A stretch of DNA of 64,000 nucleotides from Octopus sinensis (taxonomy: Eukaryota), in assembly GCF_006345805.1 (NCBI RefSeq), contig NC_043004.1, positions 88,846,001 to 88,910,000 on the forward strand, written 5' to 3'. The notes under the pieces are model-generated. The model was not told where the DNA came from and ran no database searches. It was given only the letters and a program-made list of their open reading frames with translations. Positions 1 to 14,165 of this stretch are shown here, in pieces. Each line of letters starts with the position of its first letter. Position 1 is the stretch's first letter. Both the position numbers and the translations under genes were made by a program.

Positions 1-117
1 TTTTCCACCTTGTTTCACATTTATGTGTTTACTCCGTATATATATATATATATATGTGGATTGTTAGCGATTTTTTTCCTCCGTCTTCCTTTTTTCTTGG
101 ACTTTCCTCTGTCTCCT

Positions 118-152
118 AATTCTGAAGAAGAGCTCTGCTCGAAACGTAAAAC
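118..152 (+). ncRNA. Minimal hammerhead motif, same repeat family, weak helix I
   Basis: CTGAAGA-A-GAGC(TCT)GCTC-GAAA-CG-TA. Confidence 0.45.
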
Positions 153-257
153 ACGGAGTTTTCCTTTCCCTGAGCGTCTTATTTATACTTTGCATGTACC
201 ACGTCCTTGCGTTGTTGCTTTTTTCTAGCGTTTTTCTTCGTTTTTTTTTATTCACTA

Positions 258-373
<116 letters not shown>

Positions 374-622
374 CAAAGTAAAGATTATTTAGAGTACTGT
401 TGCTGAATGTTTCTCCTTGAGAGATTTAGAAATAATAATTTTTCTATTTATACATATATACACTCATGCATATACTTATAAACAATTGTGTATGTGTGTG
501 TGTGTATGTGTGCACTTGAGCAACGAAGTTATTAATTTTACAGTCCTTCTTTATCGTATGCCACTAATACATAGCTGCACATGTATGAGTGTGTGTGTGC
601 GTGTGTGTGTGTGTGTGTGTGT

Positions 623-660
<38 letters not shown>

Positions 661-1021
661 CGTGCGTGCGTCTATGTTCGTAAATACCTTCAGTTGTTTT
701 AATATTCTAATAACGGCAAGACACATGATAGAATATTTCCCACTGATTGTAGATCGAAGATAATTTAAGAAGCCTCACAACACAGCATAAGAATCAACTT
801 TGTGCGTGTAAATACATACACAGTATGTTTGCGAATTGATATTTGGCTTTAAGTTTTATGTCAATGAGGGAACCCCATTTATTCAACAACTCAAGAATCA
901 GGAATACATGGTTTGTTCAAATGTTTCCAAATTCTCATGAATTCATTGAAAAATCTCTGTAATGTTGCAGTATCTAGACGGAGAATACATAGACTCGTTT
1001 GTACGAGAACAGATGGTTATT

Positions 1022-1445
1022 CTTTTCTACTCTAGGCACAAGGTCCGGAATTTTGTGGGGATAGGGGCCAGTCGACTAGATCGACCCCAGTGTGTAACTG
1101 ATACTTAATCTATCGACCCCGAAAGAATGAAAGGCAAAGTCGACTTTGGCGGCGGAATTTGAACTCAGAACGTAAAGACTGACGAAATACCGCAAAGCAT
1201 CTCGCCCGGGGTGCTAACGTTTCTTATTTCTTTATTGCCCACAAGAGGCTAAACATAGAGAGGACAAACAAGGACAGACAAAGGGGTTAAGTCGATTACA
1301 TCAACTCCAGTGCGTAATCTATCGACCTCGAAAGGATGAAAGGTAAAGTCGACCTCAGTGGAATTTGAACTCAGAACGTAAAGACTGACGAAATACTGCA
1401 AAGCATCTCGCCCGGCATGCTAACGTTCTGCCAGCTCGCCGCCTT
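1022..1445 (-). mobile_element. Dimeric SINE, family B (head GGCGGCGAGCTGGCAGAA)
   Basis: A full monomer plus a headless monomer, flanked by TSD AGAACAGATGG(T/A)TATT (1006-1021 / 1446-1461). Confidence 0.9.
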
Positions 1446-1519
1446 AGAACAGATGGATATTGCGACGAAACAACGAGAGATTCGACTTGATTTTAAGCAT
1501 ATCATTATTCTCCAACTGT

Positions 1520-1915
1520 AAGGCGGCGAGCTGGCAGAAACGTTAGCACGCCGGGCGAAATGCTTAGCAGTATTTCGTCTGCCGCTACGTTCTGAGTTCA
1601 AATTCCACCAAAGTCCACTTTGCCTTTCATCCTTTCGGGGTCGGTTAAATAAGTACCAGTTACGCACTGGGGTCGATATAATCGACTTAATCCGTTTGTC
1701 TGTCCTTGTGTGTCCTCTCTGTATTTAGCCCCTTGTGGATAGTAAAGAAATAGATATTTCGCCCGTCGTTACGTTCTGAGTTCAAATTCCGCCGAGGTCG
1801 ACTTTGGCTCATCGTTTCGGGGTCGATAAATTAAATACCAGTGAAACACTAAGGTCGATGTAATCGACTAGTCGCCTCCCCACAACTTTCAGGCCTTATG
1901 CCTATAGTGGAAAGT
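1520..1915 (+). mobile_element. Dimeric SINE, family B
   Basis: Same dimer architecture. Imperfect TSD ATTAT(TC/CA)TCCAACTG (1504-1518 / 1916-1930). B-box-like GAGTTCAAATTCC. Confidence 0.9.
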
Positions 1916-1992
1916 ATTATCATCCAACTGGAGATCCCTTCAGCTATTTTGGCAATTTCCTGTAGAGTCATACACGCTCAGTTTTCAAAACA

Positions 1993-2460
1993 TAACTCGT
2001 TAGCATTCAGATTATCAAATGTAATTTTTATGGCATTCCTTCGATATAACTCGACAAAATCAAAACATTTCACTTCGGGCATTTCCGTGGGTTGTAGAGC
2101 ATAGATATAACGAAATTACGCCAGCAATGTCTCATTTTAAACTTGAAGAAAAAAAGCCTGTTTCATGTGTGTATGTAAAATCCGCAAATTTCCAAGCAGA
2201 AAACAGAATCGAACTGTCATTTGCTTCCACGGAAATATCCGAATTGAAGTGTTTTGATTTTGTCGAGTTATATCGAAGGAATGCCATGTTTATTTACGTT
2301 GCTTTCAATTTATCATACATTATCTTGTAGCTATGAGATTTCAATGATGTGATTGTCTTGTTTATAGAATGACATTGTAGGGCATGATCTGGTCAGATTG
2401 AGTATAAAACAGGTAGACTATATTGGCCTGATATGGCTGGTTTGAATATTAAAGGATTAA
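1993..2460. mobile_element. Decayed TTAA-type (piggyBac-like) MITE hosting the 2031-2286 MITE
   Basis: Ends TAACTCGTTAGCATT / AATATTAAAGGATTAA are degenerate inverted repeats. The family assignment is from recall of an octopus repeat. Confidence 0.4.
2031..2286. mobile_element. MITE with about 62-bp TIRs (pogo/Tigger-like)
   Basis: ATGGCATTCCTTCGATATAACTCGACAAAATCAAAACA is a perfect 38-bp inverted repeat, extended imperfectly. TA on the left, TG on the right. Confidence 0.75.
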
Positions 2461-3582
2461 CCTTGCTACAGGACATATTGTGTGAGAGGGAGAATATAAG
2501 TCTTAACTCTTTGCCAGTCCTATCTAACACACTGGAGCAGTTTCGCTGGCGTCCATGCATCATACATGATACACATTCCTAATTTTCTTTCAACCAACAG
2601 GGTAACTTTGGACTTACGAAAGGAAAGTTTTATATTACTCAGGACGTATGTAACGTATGAAAGAGTGGGTAACCAAAAGTCTGAAAACAAACCTGGATGT
2701 TTAAAACAAACTTATGTAAATGCTTTGGATAAGCAAAGGGTTAAGTGTGCGCAGCTCTTTCTTACAAAACGAAATAAACCTTGTTCTAGTCTCGCAACTG
2801 TGTTTAGTGAGCAAGACTGCGTTACACGCGATTGACAGGTTTACAACTAATGATGTAATAGTCTTGTTCTGATGATAGGATAATTCTCCAAATCAACGGT
2901 AATGAAATACCAACACTTCTGTACACAGTCTCAGGGGTACAGAAGAAGTACTATAGCCAGGAGTAGCGGTTTTCTTTTCTCCCCACACACACTGTGACTG
3001 TGCCCCTTGCTGAAGCGATGCGTAGTCAATCATAATTTTCAATGATTACTGATTTCAGAAACTTTTTCGAGCCACCGACAGCGAACATTTCAGGGCAGCA
3101 GTGAGGATAATCACACATTTGCAGTAATGAAATACCGCCATTTTCGCAGCTACATGAACACAGAGAGTGTAATAGAGGTGGATTTACGACATGTGATTCA
3201 CATCATGGCTGAATTCTCTACAGAGATGTCATATGATTGAAGTCCTTGTTTTCATTAACTAACTTGTTGAAAACAAGGTATTTAATGAAAATAATATTCG
3301 TAAAGTAAACATTATCTTCCTGCATCCATTACGCAAATGTATATTTTCTGTGTAACTAGTAATTAACTTACCATTCTACAAGTCTTATGTGTATGTGTCT
3401 GTGCTCGTGTATATACGTGTGCTTGTGTGTACACACCTGTTTATGTGTGTGTATGTATATATATATACATATCAAACTAAAGTTATACTTTAGTTTCATA
3501 TATTTGTCTCAGTCAATTGAGCATTTCTATAGCAGTCCTTATTAAACATTTTGTTCCTAATAAGAAACAATCACTGTATTAT

Positions 3583-3624
<42 letters not shown>

Positions 3625-3672
3625 TGTGTGTGTATGTGTGTGGGTGTGTGGGTGTGTGGGTGTGTGTGTGTG

Positions 3673-3812
3673 AGGGCGCGTGGCTTAGTGGTTAGGGCAT
3701 TCGGCTCATGATCGTAAGGTTTCGAGTTCGATTCCCGCGACGCGTTGTGTCCTTGAACAAGACACTTTATTTCACATTGCTCCAGTCCACACAGCTGGTA
3801 AAAATGAGTATT
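3673..3812 (+). mobile_element. SINE family D (tRNA head plus CORE-like domain)
   Basis: TGGCTTAGTGG A-box, GAGTTCGATTCCC B-box, CCTTGAACAAGACACTTTATTTCAC. Confidence 0.8.
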
Positions 3813-3835
3813 TCAAAAGGGCTGAATCTTCTTGC

Positions 3836-4160
3836 GAACTACGTTAAGTTTTCCGAACTGCCCAACCTTCGTAATCACCATTAGACTCACCCAACTCATT
3901 CCGAATCCTCTGCGCTGCTCTCAGATTGACACCCAAATACTATGAAACGTTCGCATTGGTGCTTTCGGTGCGAATGCCAATAAGTACAGCATGTTGTTTC
4001 CAAATTTCTGGCTGAGTGAATTGCATCATGGTGCTGGTTTTCTCACAGACGGTGCCCAACTGATCCTACAATACTGTATACTCGACAAAATCAAAACAAA
4101 CAATGTGCATGCACGAAATGAGAAATATAAAATGGTGACAATTTACCCATCGCAAACTCT
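3836..4160 (-). mobile_element. 5' end of a Tc1-like element (same family as 22665)
   Basis: Reverse complement of 22665-22910, including the terminal GATGGGTAAATTGTC(A/G)CCATTTT. Decayed N-terminus MMQFTQPEIWKQHAVLIGIR. Confidence 0.7.
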
Positions 4161-4354
4161 GTGTGTGTGTATGTGTGTATATGTATGTATGTATATGTAT
4201 TTATGTATATGTATGTATATATGTATATATATATGTATATATGTATATGTGTATCTATCTATCTATCTATATATATATATATATGTATGTATTTATGTAT
4301 GTATGTATGTATGTATGTATGTATGTATGTATGTATGTATGTATGTATGTGTGC

Positions 4355-4398
<44 letters not shown>

Positions 4399-4399
<1 letters not shown>

Positions 4400-4762
4400 G
4401 AGGCGCAATGGCCTCCTAGTCAGGACAGTGGACTCGAGCTCGTAGGATCGCGGTTTCGATTCCCAGACTGGGCACTATGAATGTTTATTGAGCAAAAACA
4501 TCCAAAACCCCACGAGGCTCCCGCAAGGGTGTGGGACGAACCCTGCTGTACACTTTCACCACAACTTTCTCTAAGCCTTTCATCCTGTTTCTGTTGTAGC
4601 TGTATTTCGATGGACCAGCCTTGTCACGCTGAATCTCCTCGTGAACTACGTTAAAGGTGCACGTGTCTGTAGAGTGCTCAGCCACTTGCACGTTAATTTC
4701 ATGGCCAGGCTGTTCCATTGATCGGATCAACTCGTCGTCGTAACCGACGGAGTGCCACAACG
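4399..4762 (+). mobile_element. SINE family C (head GGAGGCGCAATGGCC)
   Basis: tRNA-like head with GGTTTCGATTCCC B-box. Body shared with 26563-26938. Confidence 0.85.
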
Positions 4763-4807
<45 letters not shown>

Positions 4808-4919
4808 ACAGACATGCGCTCGCACACTTTAACAAAGAATCTGTAACAACATGTGTTAGCATTAATAGACGTCCTATATTTATATTTATCGGAATTCGAG
4901 TAAGAAAATGAGAGAAATA

Positions 4920-6840
<1,921 letters not shown>

Positions 6841-6869
6841 ATTTTTATTAACCCTGAAGCTTCTAAATA

Positions 6870-7292
6870 TAGGCGTGGCTGTGTGGTAAGCAGCTTGCAT
6901 CCCAACCACATTGTTCCGGGTTCAGTCCCAGTGCGTGGCATCTTGGGTAAGTGCCTTCTACTATAGCCTTGGGCCGACCTAAATTTTGTGTATGGATTTG
7001 GTAGATGGAGACTGAAAGAAGCCCGTCGTATATATATGTATATGTATATATATGTATGTCCGTGTGAATACGTTTGTGTATCTGTGTTTGTCCCCCCGTC
7101 ATCGCTTTACAACCGATGCTGGTGTGTTTATATTCCCGTAACTTAGCGGTTCGGCAAAAGAGCCCGATAGAATAAGTGCTAGCCTTGCAAAGAATAAGTC
7201 CTGAGCTCGATTTCTTCGACTAAAACCCTCCAAGTCGGTGCTGCAGCGTGGCTGCAGTCAAATGACTGAAACGAGTAAAAGAATAAAAGAAT
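6870..7292 (+). mobile_element. SINE family A (tRNA-derived, CORE-like, tail (AAAAGA(G/A)T)n)
   Basis: GGCTGTGTGGTAAG A-box, GGGTTCAGTCCC B-box, TTGGGTAAGTG CORE-like motif, and tail CAGTCAAATGACTGAAAC. Confidence 0.9.
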
Positions 7293-7447
7293 GTGTGTGT
7301 ATGTGTGTATGTGTACATACATATATATGTACGAGCAAAACGCCCCCCCCCCCGTCCAATGGATGGTGCTGAGTTGTCAAACATTTAAACCTAATTTTCT
7401 CAAAACAACTTGTCCGACCGTCCCATAGGCCTCCCCTTTGAGAAACA

Positions 7448-8032
7448 CTGATTTAACATAAATTTGAGACACCAGCAAAAGAAGACATAAAGATAGACTT
7501 TTTTTCTATTCCAATGCAAAACGATTTTATTCGCACAAATATGCAACCGAAGAGTTTAAAGTACCAGTAATGATAAGGCTGTTGACTGGAAGAACACAAA
7601 CATGGTTTAAACAGTAACCTTGGCAGGAAAGAAACGTGCCTTTAAGCAATACAAAAACAACAAAAAATGGAAGGTGCAGTTATGTACAGGTTGTCGGAAG
7701 TAAAGCAGGACAAAAACGACGCATGCAAATGGATTAGTTGGAGGTAAATCTAGATAGAAAAGCATGATTTTTTTGTGAAAACTGCACGTGCATTTTTGTC
7801 GCATACACGTAGTATCGATCACAATAGGTGCTGTACTTGCGCGTACAAATGCACGTTCCCACGGCTTTATCGATCACATTCTCACCTGGAATCGATTTTT
7901 GTCATTTTTTCAAAACTTATACACGCCCTGATACCGTCGGTATCTACATATCAAAGTTGAGCGCAATCGGATGGAGGATGCCCAAGATCCTAGAAGACAC
8001 ACAGACAGACAGAACAGATTTTATATAATAGA
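7448..8032 (-). mobile_element. Helitron-like non-autonomous element (5' TC end), copy 1
   Basis: Minus strand begins A|TCTATTATATAAAATC. Homologous in inverted orientation to 60095-60531. Confidence 0.65.
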
Positions 8033-8062
8033 TGTATAAGTATATATACTTACAGATAGATT

Positions 8063-8109
<47 letters not shown>

Positions 8110-10331
8110 TTTGTTGCATTTGGAACAGATATTTTGACAATAAAAAACACGTGCGCTGATTCTATTTCACTTCTTTTGGGATCGTTAGCGATATTTCTTT
8201 CGATTCGTTATACGTCCTCAGATAAAATTGCTGGCTTTGTGCCAAAATTCGAAAGAACTATTAATAGAGATTTATAATTACTTGTTTACACTTTTTCGAG
8301 ATCAGTGACTTTTCGTCACTGGAAAAAGGATACATTTATTTGCATTGGGAACCACTTCACATTGCCAGCTGGTGGTTGTCATACGCTGATGATGGGTCAA
8401 TACTCAGAAACTCGGGTCCATGTGTATAATGTCAGGTTGGAGATGGGAAGGATGGCTTCCTTTGCAAATACTGATAGGGCACAGAAAGTATGTCAATAGC
8501 CTGCTGGAGGGGGTGTCCTCCTGGGGCTACAAGCTACAGTAGCATCCACCCTTAAGGGTTAGCCACATTTAAGTGGCAATTATACTTCACGAACTATTAG
8601 TAGTTAACTATTTAACCATTCGATAAATTAGCTAATCTTTTGTATGATTAATTTTTCCTTCAATCAATCAAACTGATTTGTCCGTCAGAGACTTTTCGTT
8701 GTCATTCGCAATTTCATAAATAACATGCCTTCTTTGCTCCAGATCTACCTGTCTCCTAGTTTCACATCCTATATTTATTACTTATTTGGATTTGTGTGGG
8801 AATGTAGGAAATGTGTTTTTGCTCGTGGTGGGGTTTCTGTAAGCGTTTGGAAAAGAACGTGTTTCTGTGCGCTTGCACCCTTGTATGCGTGTAGTGTAAA
8901 TTAAATAGAAAGTGTGATTGGTTGAACATTTATTTATTTATAGATTTATTTTATAATTAATGCCTTGTCTTTGGAAATGGGCTGCAAGTGTACAGACTAC
9001 ATCGGTTCATGTGCACGCGTGTATGGACATTCAAGTGCAGTCACTTTAAATATTTCAGGAGCGCATCCAGATTCTTGCAAATCAAATACAAAATCAAAAT
9101 AGTAATAGGTTATATATCGATATCTATCTATTATATAGTATGATGGATTATCTCCGACGGTCAGCAATGGCGATTTAGTTGTTCGATCAATTGATCCAAT
9201 TAGTGGCTCATCATTTCCTGACATGTTTATTTTCTGGCATAATCAGCAAATTTTTGTACTGCGTTTCGTTAAGTCTTATCACTACATTTATCGTCCCTTT
9301 TGTATTTTCTCTGTCGTAGTCGCTACGACTTAACTTTGAACTTATTCTTGTCGTTAATGTCTCATCTCTACTATATCAGTCTCTGACAACCATATCTCAT
9401 GGTATGTTTGTTAACGTTTCTGCGGTTGACGTTTCTGCTTTCAGGGATCCAAACTGCAAAGATCTCTGGATAGACAGCTGATGATGGGAAATTTTTCCTT
9501 CGTTCCGTCTGTTATATGTTCTTATAATTTTTGCCTAATTTCTCATTTTTATATCGCTTATCTATCTCTTTAAATATGTGTATGTGTACGGGTACATATA
9601 CCTATATACGTGTGTGTATGTGTGCATGTGTATGTGTGCGTGCGTATGTGTGTTTGTATGTGTATGTGCGTGTGTTTGTGTGTCTGTGTGTGTTCGTGTG
9701 TATGTGTGAGTGTGTGAGCGCCCTATCCGAAACTTTCGGTTTCTTACACGTACAACGAATCTCCCGCATTCTTCAAATATTCGGAGATGCTGACAATTAG
9801 CCATGGTACTATATGACTTCCCAAATACCAGATCATGAGAAAGATTTGATTTAATTTGCAGTCAAACCTTCCAAGTATTAGTAGCGTAGAAGAAGTAATG
9901 GACGGAAAGGTAGCTACTGTTTCCCCTTAGTTGGGCTTCTCATTCCGATAGCAATAACAACATATTACATGATAATTCTAACATTTAATACCTTCAACGC
10001 AAACATTAAAACCTTAATACTAAACATTAAACCTTAAACCGGCTGGTGTTAATGCGTCAGTAATTTAATATTGAAGCAAGCTTGCAATAAGGTGTTATAC
10101 AAGCAAGATCAAAGAAGGAAAGACAGAAAGAAAGGAAGAAAGAAGCAAAGTAAGAAGGTTAAAAACATTGAAAGAAAGACGTAAATACCTAAATAACGAA
10201 ATCGTGCGTAATCTGCCTGTTTTAAACAATTCTAATCTATTCTGTTAATAGCTAACCTTTTCGGAAAATGATAAGAAAATATACGTTTTTTAATGCTGTA
10301 TTTCCTAGTATTTGATTGTTTTAACAAAGCA

Positions 10332-10367
<36 letters not shown>

Positions 10368-10372
<5 letters not shown>

Positions 10373-10433
10373 AAAGAGATCGAAAGAGGGGGAAATCCTT
10401 TGGTGCCAAATCAGGAGAGTATGGGGGTGGTGG
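10368..10433 (-). mobile_element. Short mariner transposase fragment, inverted relative to the adjacent mariner
   Basis: Reverse strand reads PPYSPDLAPKDFPLFRSLS, closely matching about 11505-11570 of the downstream element. Confidence 0.75.
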
Positions 10434-10588
10434 CGTTTGGAGAACTCAGATGTTTTTTCGGCTGATGAGTACGGGTCACTTATATTTACTGCAATATTTG
10501 CAGCCTTAATAAAGCTGTCTTCGTACGAAACAATTGTACCGAAATATTGATCCATTTTTGTTGCTTCTTTCTTGTTTATATATATATA

Positions 10589-11802
10589 TTGGGTTGGCAA
10601 CTAAGTTCCGCCGTTGTTTTTTTAATTTTGGAATCTTTTTTTTTTTTTTGAGAATTCTATTTTTGAATCATTTTGGAATCTTTTTTTTTTCTAGTTAATT
10701 TTAGTTAATTTTTGCTTATTTTCAGATAATTAAAATGGAATGTCAAGTTAAGAAAAACGGGCATTTTCGACACCTCCTACTTTTTGCTTTTAATCGCGAC
10801 ATTTATGCTGTGTATGGAGAGGGTGCCATAGCTGAAAGAACCGCTCGTGATTGGTATGCCTCAAAGACGCACCTCGTTCTGGCCCTCCAGTTAAGTTCGA
10901 TGAAGAGCGATTAAACCAACTTTTGCAAGAAAATTCCCGTCAAACTACAAGAGAACTGGCAGAGAAAATGAAATGCTCCCACACTGCTATAGAGAAGCAT
11001 CTTCACTCGACGGGAATTGTTCAGAGGTATGGCGCATGGGTTCCGTATGCTTTAAGTGACAACAACAAAAATCAAGGAGCCACAATCTCCGCTTGTTTGC
11101 TTACTCGTCACCGCTCAACTTATGGACACAAGCAATGATTTCTTTACCGAATGGTTACTGGCGACGAAAAACGGTGCCTGTATATCAATATGAAGCAGCG
11201 TAAGGAATGGCTTAGCCCCGGTAAACAAGCGACACCGCGCGTGAAACAAGATCTTCATCCGCGTAAAATGATGTTGTGCGTATGGTGGGACAGGGAAGGG
11301 ATTATCCATTACGAATTGCTTGAACGGAACCAAGCGGTCAAAGCGGAACTCTATGTTCAACAGATGGAACGACTCAACACGGCTATTCAAGACAAAAGAC
11401 CTAATCGGCATCATGGAGTTCTTCTGCTGCACGACAACGACCGCCCTCATATCGCCAATATTACCAAGGAAGCCATTCAAATGCATGGCTGGGAAGTGCT
11501 GCCACACACCCCATACTATCCTGATTTGGCACCAACGGATTTCCACCTCTTTCGATCTCTTTCAAATGCTATGCACGGAGTTTCGTTCAATTCTGATACA
11601 GAATTGAGAGCTTGGTTGGATCAATTTTTCGAGAAATCGGGTGATTTCTACCAATGAGGTATTGAAAATCTTGTTGAACGTTGGGAAAAAGTTGTATACA
11701 ACAAGGGTGGATACATTATTGATTAATTAGTTGTTATTTTTCATTAAACCTTATAAAAATTTAAATTATAAAAAAACGGTAGGAACTTACTTGCCAACCC
11801 AA
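10589..11802 (+). mobile_element. Near full-length mariner (DD34D) transposon, inactivated
   Basis: TIRs TTGGGTTGGCAACTAAGTTCC / GGAACTTACTTGCCAACCCAA with TA on both sides. Transposase runs ATG 10735 to TAA 11726 with WVPYAL, GDEK, HDN and YYPDLAPTD (34 aa between the 2nd and 3rd D). Two internal deletions (one frameshifting) and in-frame TGA stops at 11136 and 11655. Confidence 0.95.
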
Positions 11803-11814
11803 TACATATATATT

Positions 11815-12037
11815 TTTTTTTTCTGTACTTGTTTCAGTCATTTAACTGCGGCCATGCTGGAGCACCGCCTTTTAGAGTGGTGAAAGAGTACAGCAGGGAT
11901 CACCACCTCCTGCCGGAGCCTCGTGGAGCTTTTAGGTGTTTTCGCTCAATAAACACACACAACGCCCCGGTCTGGGAATCGAAACCGCGATCCTCCGACC
12001 GCAAGTCCGCTGCCCTAACCACTAGGCCATTGCGCCT

Positions 12038-12040
<3 letters not shown>
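11815..12040 (-). mobile_element. Chimeric SINE: family C 5' part joined to family A 3' tail
   Basis: Minus strand: C head...CTCTTTCACCACT|CTAAAGGCGGTGCTCCAGCATGGCCGCAGTTAAATGACTGAAAC. Confidence 0.8.
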
Positions 12041-12090
<50 letters not shown>

Positions 12091-12104
12091 ATGTACGTAT
12101 ATAT

Positions 12105-12147
<43 letters not shown>

Positions 12148-12149
12148 AT

Positions 12150-12197
<48 letters not shown>

Positions 12198-12210
12198 CGT
12201 ACATCATACC

Positions 12211-12243
<33 letters not shown>

Positions 12244-12302
12244 CGTACATACTACATATATATATATATATATATATACGTAACATACATACTATATATA
12301 TC

Positions 12303-12358
<56 letters not shown>

Positions 12359-12368
12359 TATATATACG

Positions 12369-12413
<45 letters not shown>

Positions 12414-12415
12414 GG
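12039..12415. repeat. (AT)n-rich microsatellite
   Basis: Direct reading. Confidence 0.95.
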
Positions 12416-12515
12416 AATGATATTCATAATATATTCTGAACTTATTTCCCCTAATTAATCAATGTTATCGTTGTGTTAGTGTCACTCAGTAATAGGATCT
12501 ACTACACACACACAC

Positions 12516-12549
<34 letters not shown>

Positions 12550-12832
12550 ACACACATACATGTATGTATGGATGTGTACGCTTTAACTTGTGATTTACTT
12601 TATCAACTTCCAACACTAACGCAAACAATTATAGAAGCTTTCAGGAAAGTCTATTTTCTTCAAAATGATATTTTCTAAGCAAATTATATTGTCGTATCTT
12701 CTCATCGTAAGTCATATATTTTATTGATAAATTTATTTTACCCTACATTCATTCTGATTTTATTTTTAAGTGGCGATTTCTGTAGAAGACGAATATTTAT
12801 ACAACACATCTTGTATGCTACACATACACACG

Positions 12833-12914
<82 letters not shown>

Positions 12915-12936
12915 TTGAGAGAAAAAGAGAGAGAGG

Positions 12937-13430
12937 GGTGTATCCCAAAATTGAGGTATGCAACTATTTTCAACTTTGCCAAAGCAAAATATTATTATAT
13001 TTCGGATTCGAGCTTTACAATGCAATGATAAAGGAAACACAGTTATGACATTACCACATTTATTCGACATGACCACCTCTGTTTCGAATGGTGCGAATGT
13101 TTCACACGTGGCACGCAGCTATTCTTGCGGAATCGAAGCCCATTCCTGTTGCACTTTTGCCTTCAGAGCGTCGAGCGAAGCATAAGGAATGCTCGAGGCT
13201 CTTGTCTCCAAAATGAACCAAACAGAAAAATCGTACTGGCCTATGAACGACGGAATGTTTTTCTGAATCCAGTGTTGTGACTGTTTGCAGCTGTGGGACT
13301 GCTCCGAAAGTTATTGTCCAAAATTCCTTACAATTTCACGCCTTTCGCGGAAATATTGTTCATTTTGGTGGCGCCAGCAGCGAGAAGTTGCTGGGAATAG
13401 CGAGTGAACGTTGAGTAGTGGCGAAAACAA
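12937..13430 (-). mobile_element. Tc1-like transposase 3' remnant
   Basis: Minus strand reads WFILETRASSIPYASLDALKAKVQQEWASIPQE*LRATCE, like Tc1 C-termini. TIR-like GGTGTATCCCAAAATTGAG at 12937. Confidence 0.55.
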
Positions 13431-13799
13431 ACACGACACATATCGGAATATACAAATTAAATGAATATACACTATAGCAACAAAATAAGACCGTACGGCT
13501 CTGAAACGACACAAATATATGGATAACGTAATTTTTTTTTATTGCTTTTACTTCTATTTTTACTTTTATTTCTATTCTCTTATCTACCTTTATACTTCCT
13601 ATATCCATCATTTTCCAAAATGACTCCTTATACTGAACCCTACTATTTCCCTCTAGTTAACTCCCTCATATCATCCCTGATGAAAGGATATCCCTAATAT
13701 CCCAGAAATAGCTGTAAGACTACCTTTCTCTTTAGAAATGTCCTATAAATTCCACACAGCCTTTGTTTTGTTGTCTCATTTTAGTTAACATATATGTGT

Positions 13800-13985
13800 G
13801 TGTAATCTATATATATATAAATAGAGAGAGGGGGAGGGGGGACAGAGGCAGAGAGAGAAAGAGGGAGGGAGAGAGATAGAGAAAGAGAAAGAGAGCGAGC
13901 GAAAGAGAGACAGAGACAGACAGACGGATGGACGGACAGACAGACAGGTAGACAGACAGATTGATGGATAGACAGACAGACAGAC

Positions 13986-14046
<61 letters not shown>

Positions 14047-14096
14047 CATACATACATACATACATATATACATACATACATACATAGATAGCTAGG

Positions 14097-14165
<69 letters not shown>
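13800..14165. repeat. Compound (GA)/(GACA)/(GATA)/(CATA) microsatellite
   Basis: Direct reading. Confidence 0.95.

Noticed and set aside
2575-2700. Good-looking acceptor ttttctttcaaccaacAG at 2600 as the missing Cys-loop exon
   Set aside because: No frame gives C-x13-C or FPMD motifs.
13677-13720. Hammerhead-like CTGATGA-AA-GGATAT/ATATCC-CA-GAAA-TAGCTG-TA
   Set aside because: Helix I cannot form and extra bases flank helix II. It is likely a dead relic and is not called as a ribozyme.
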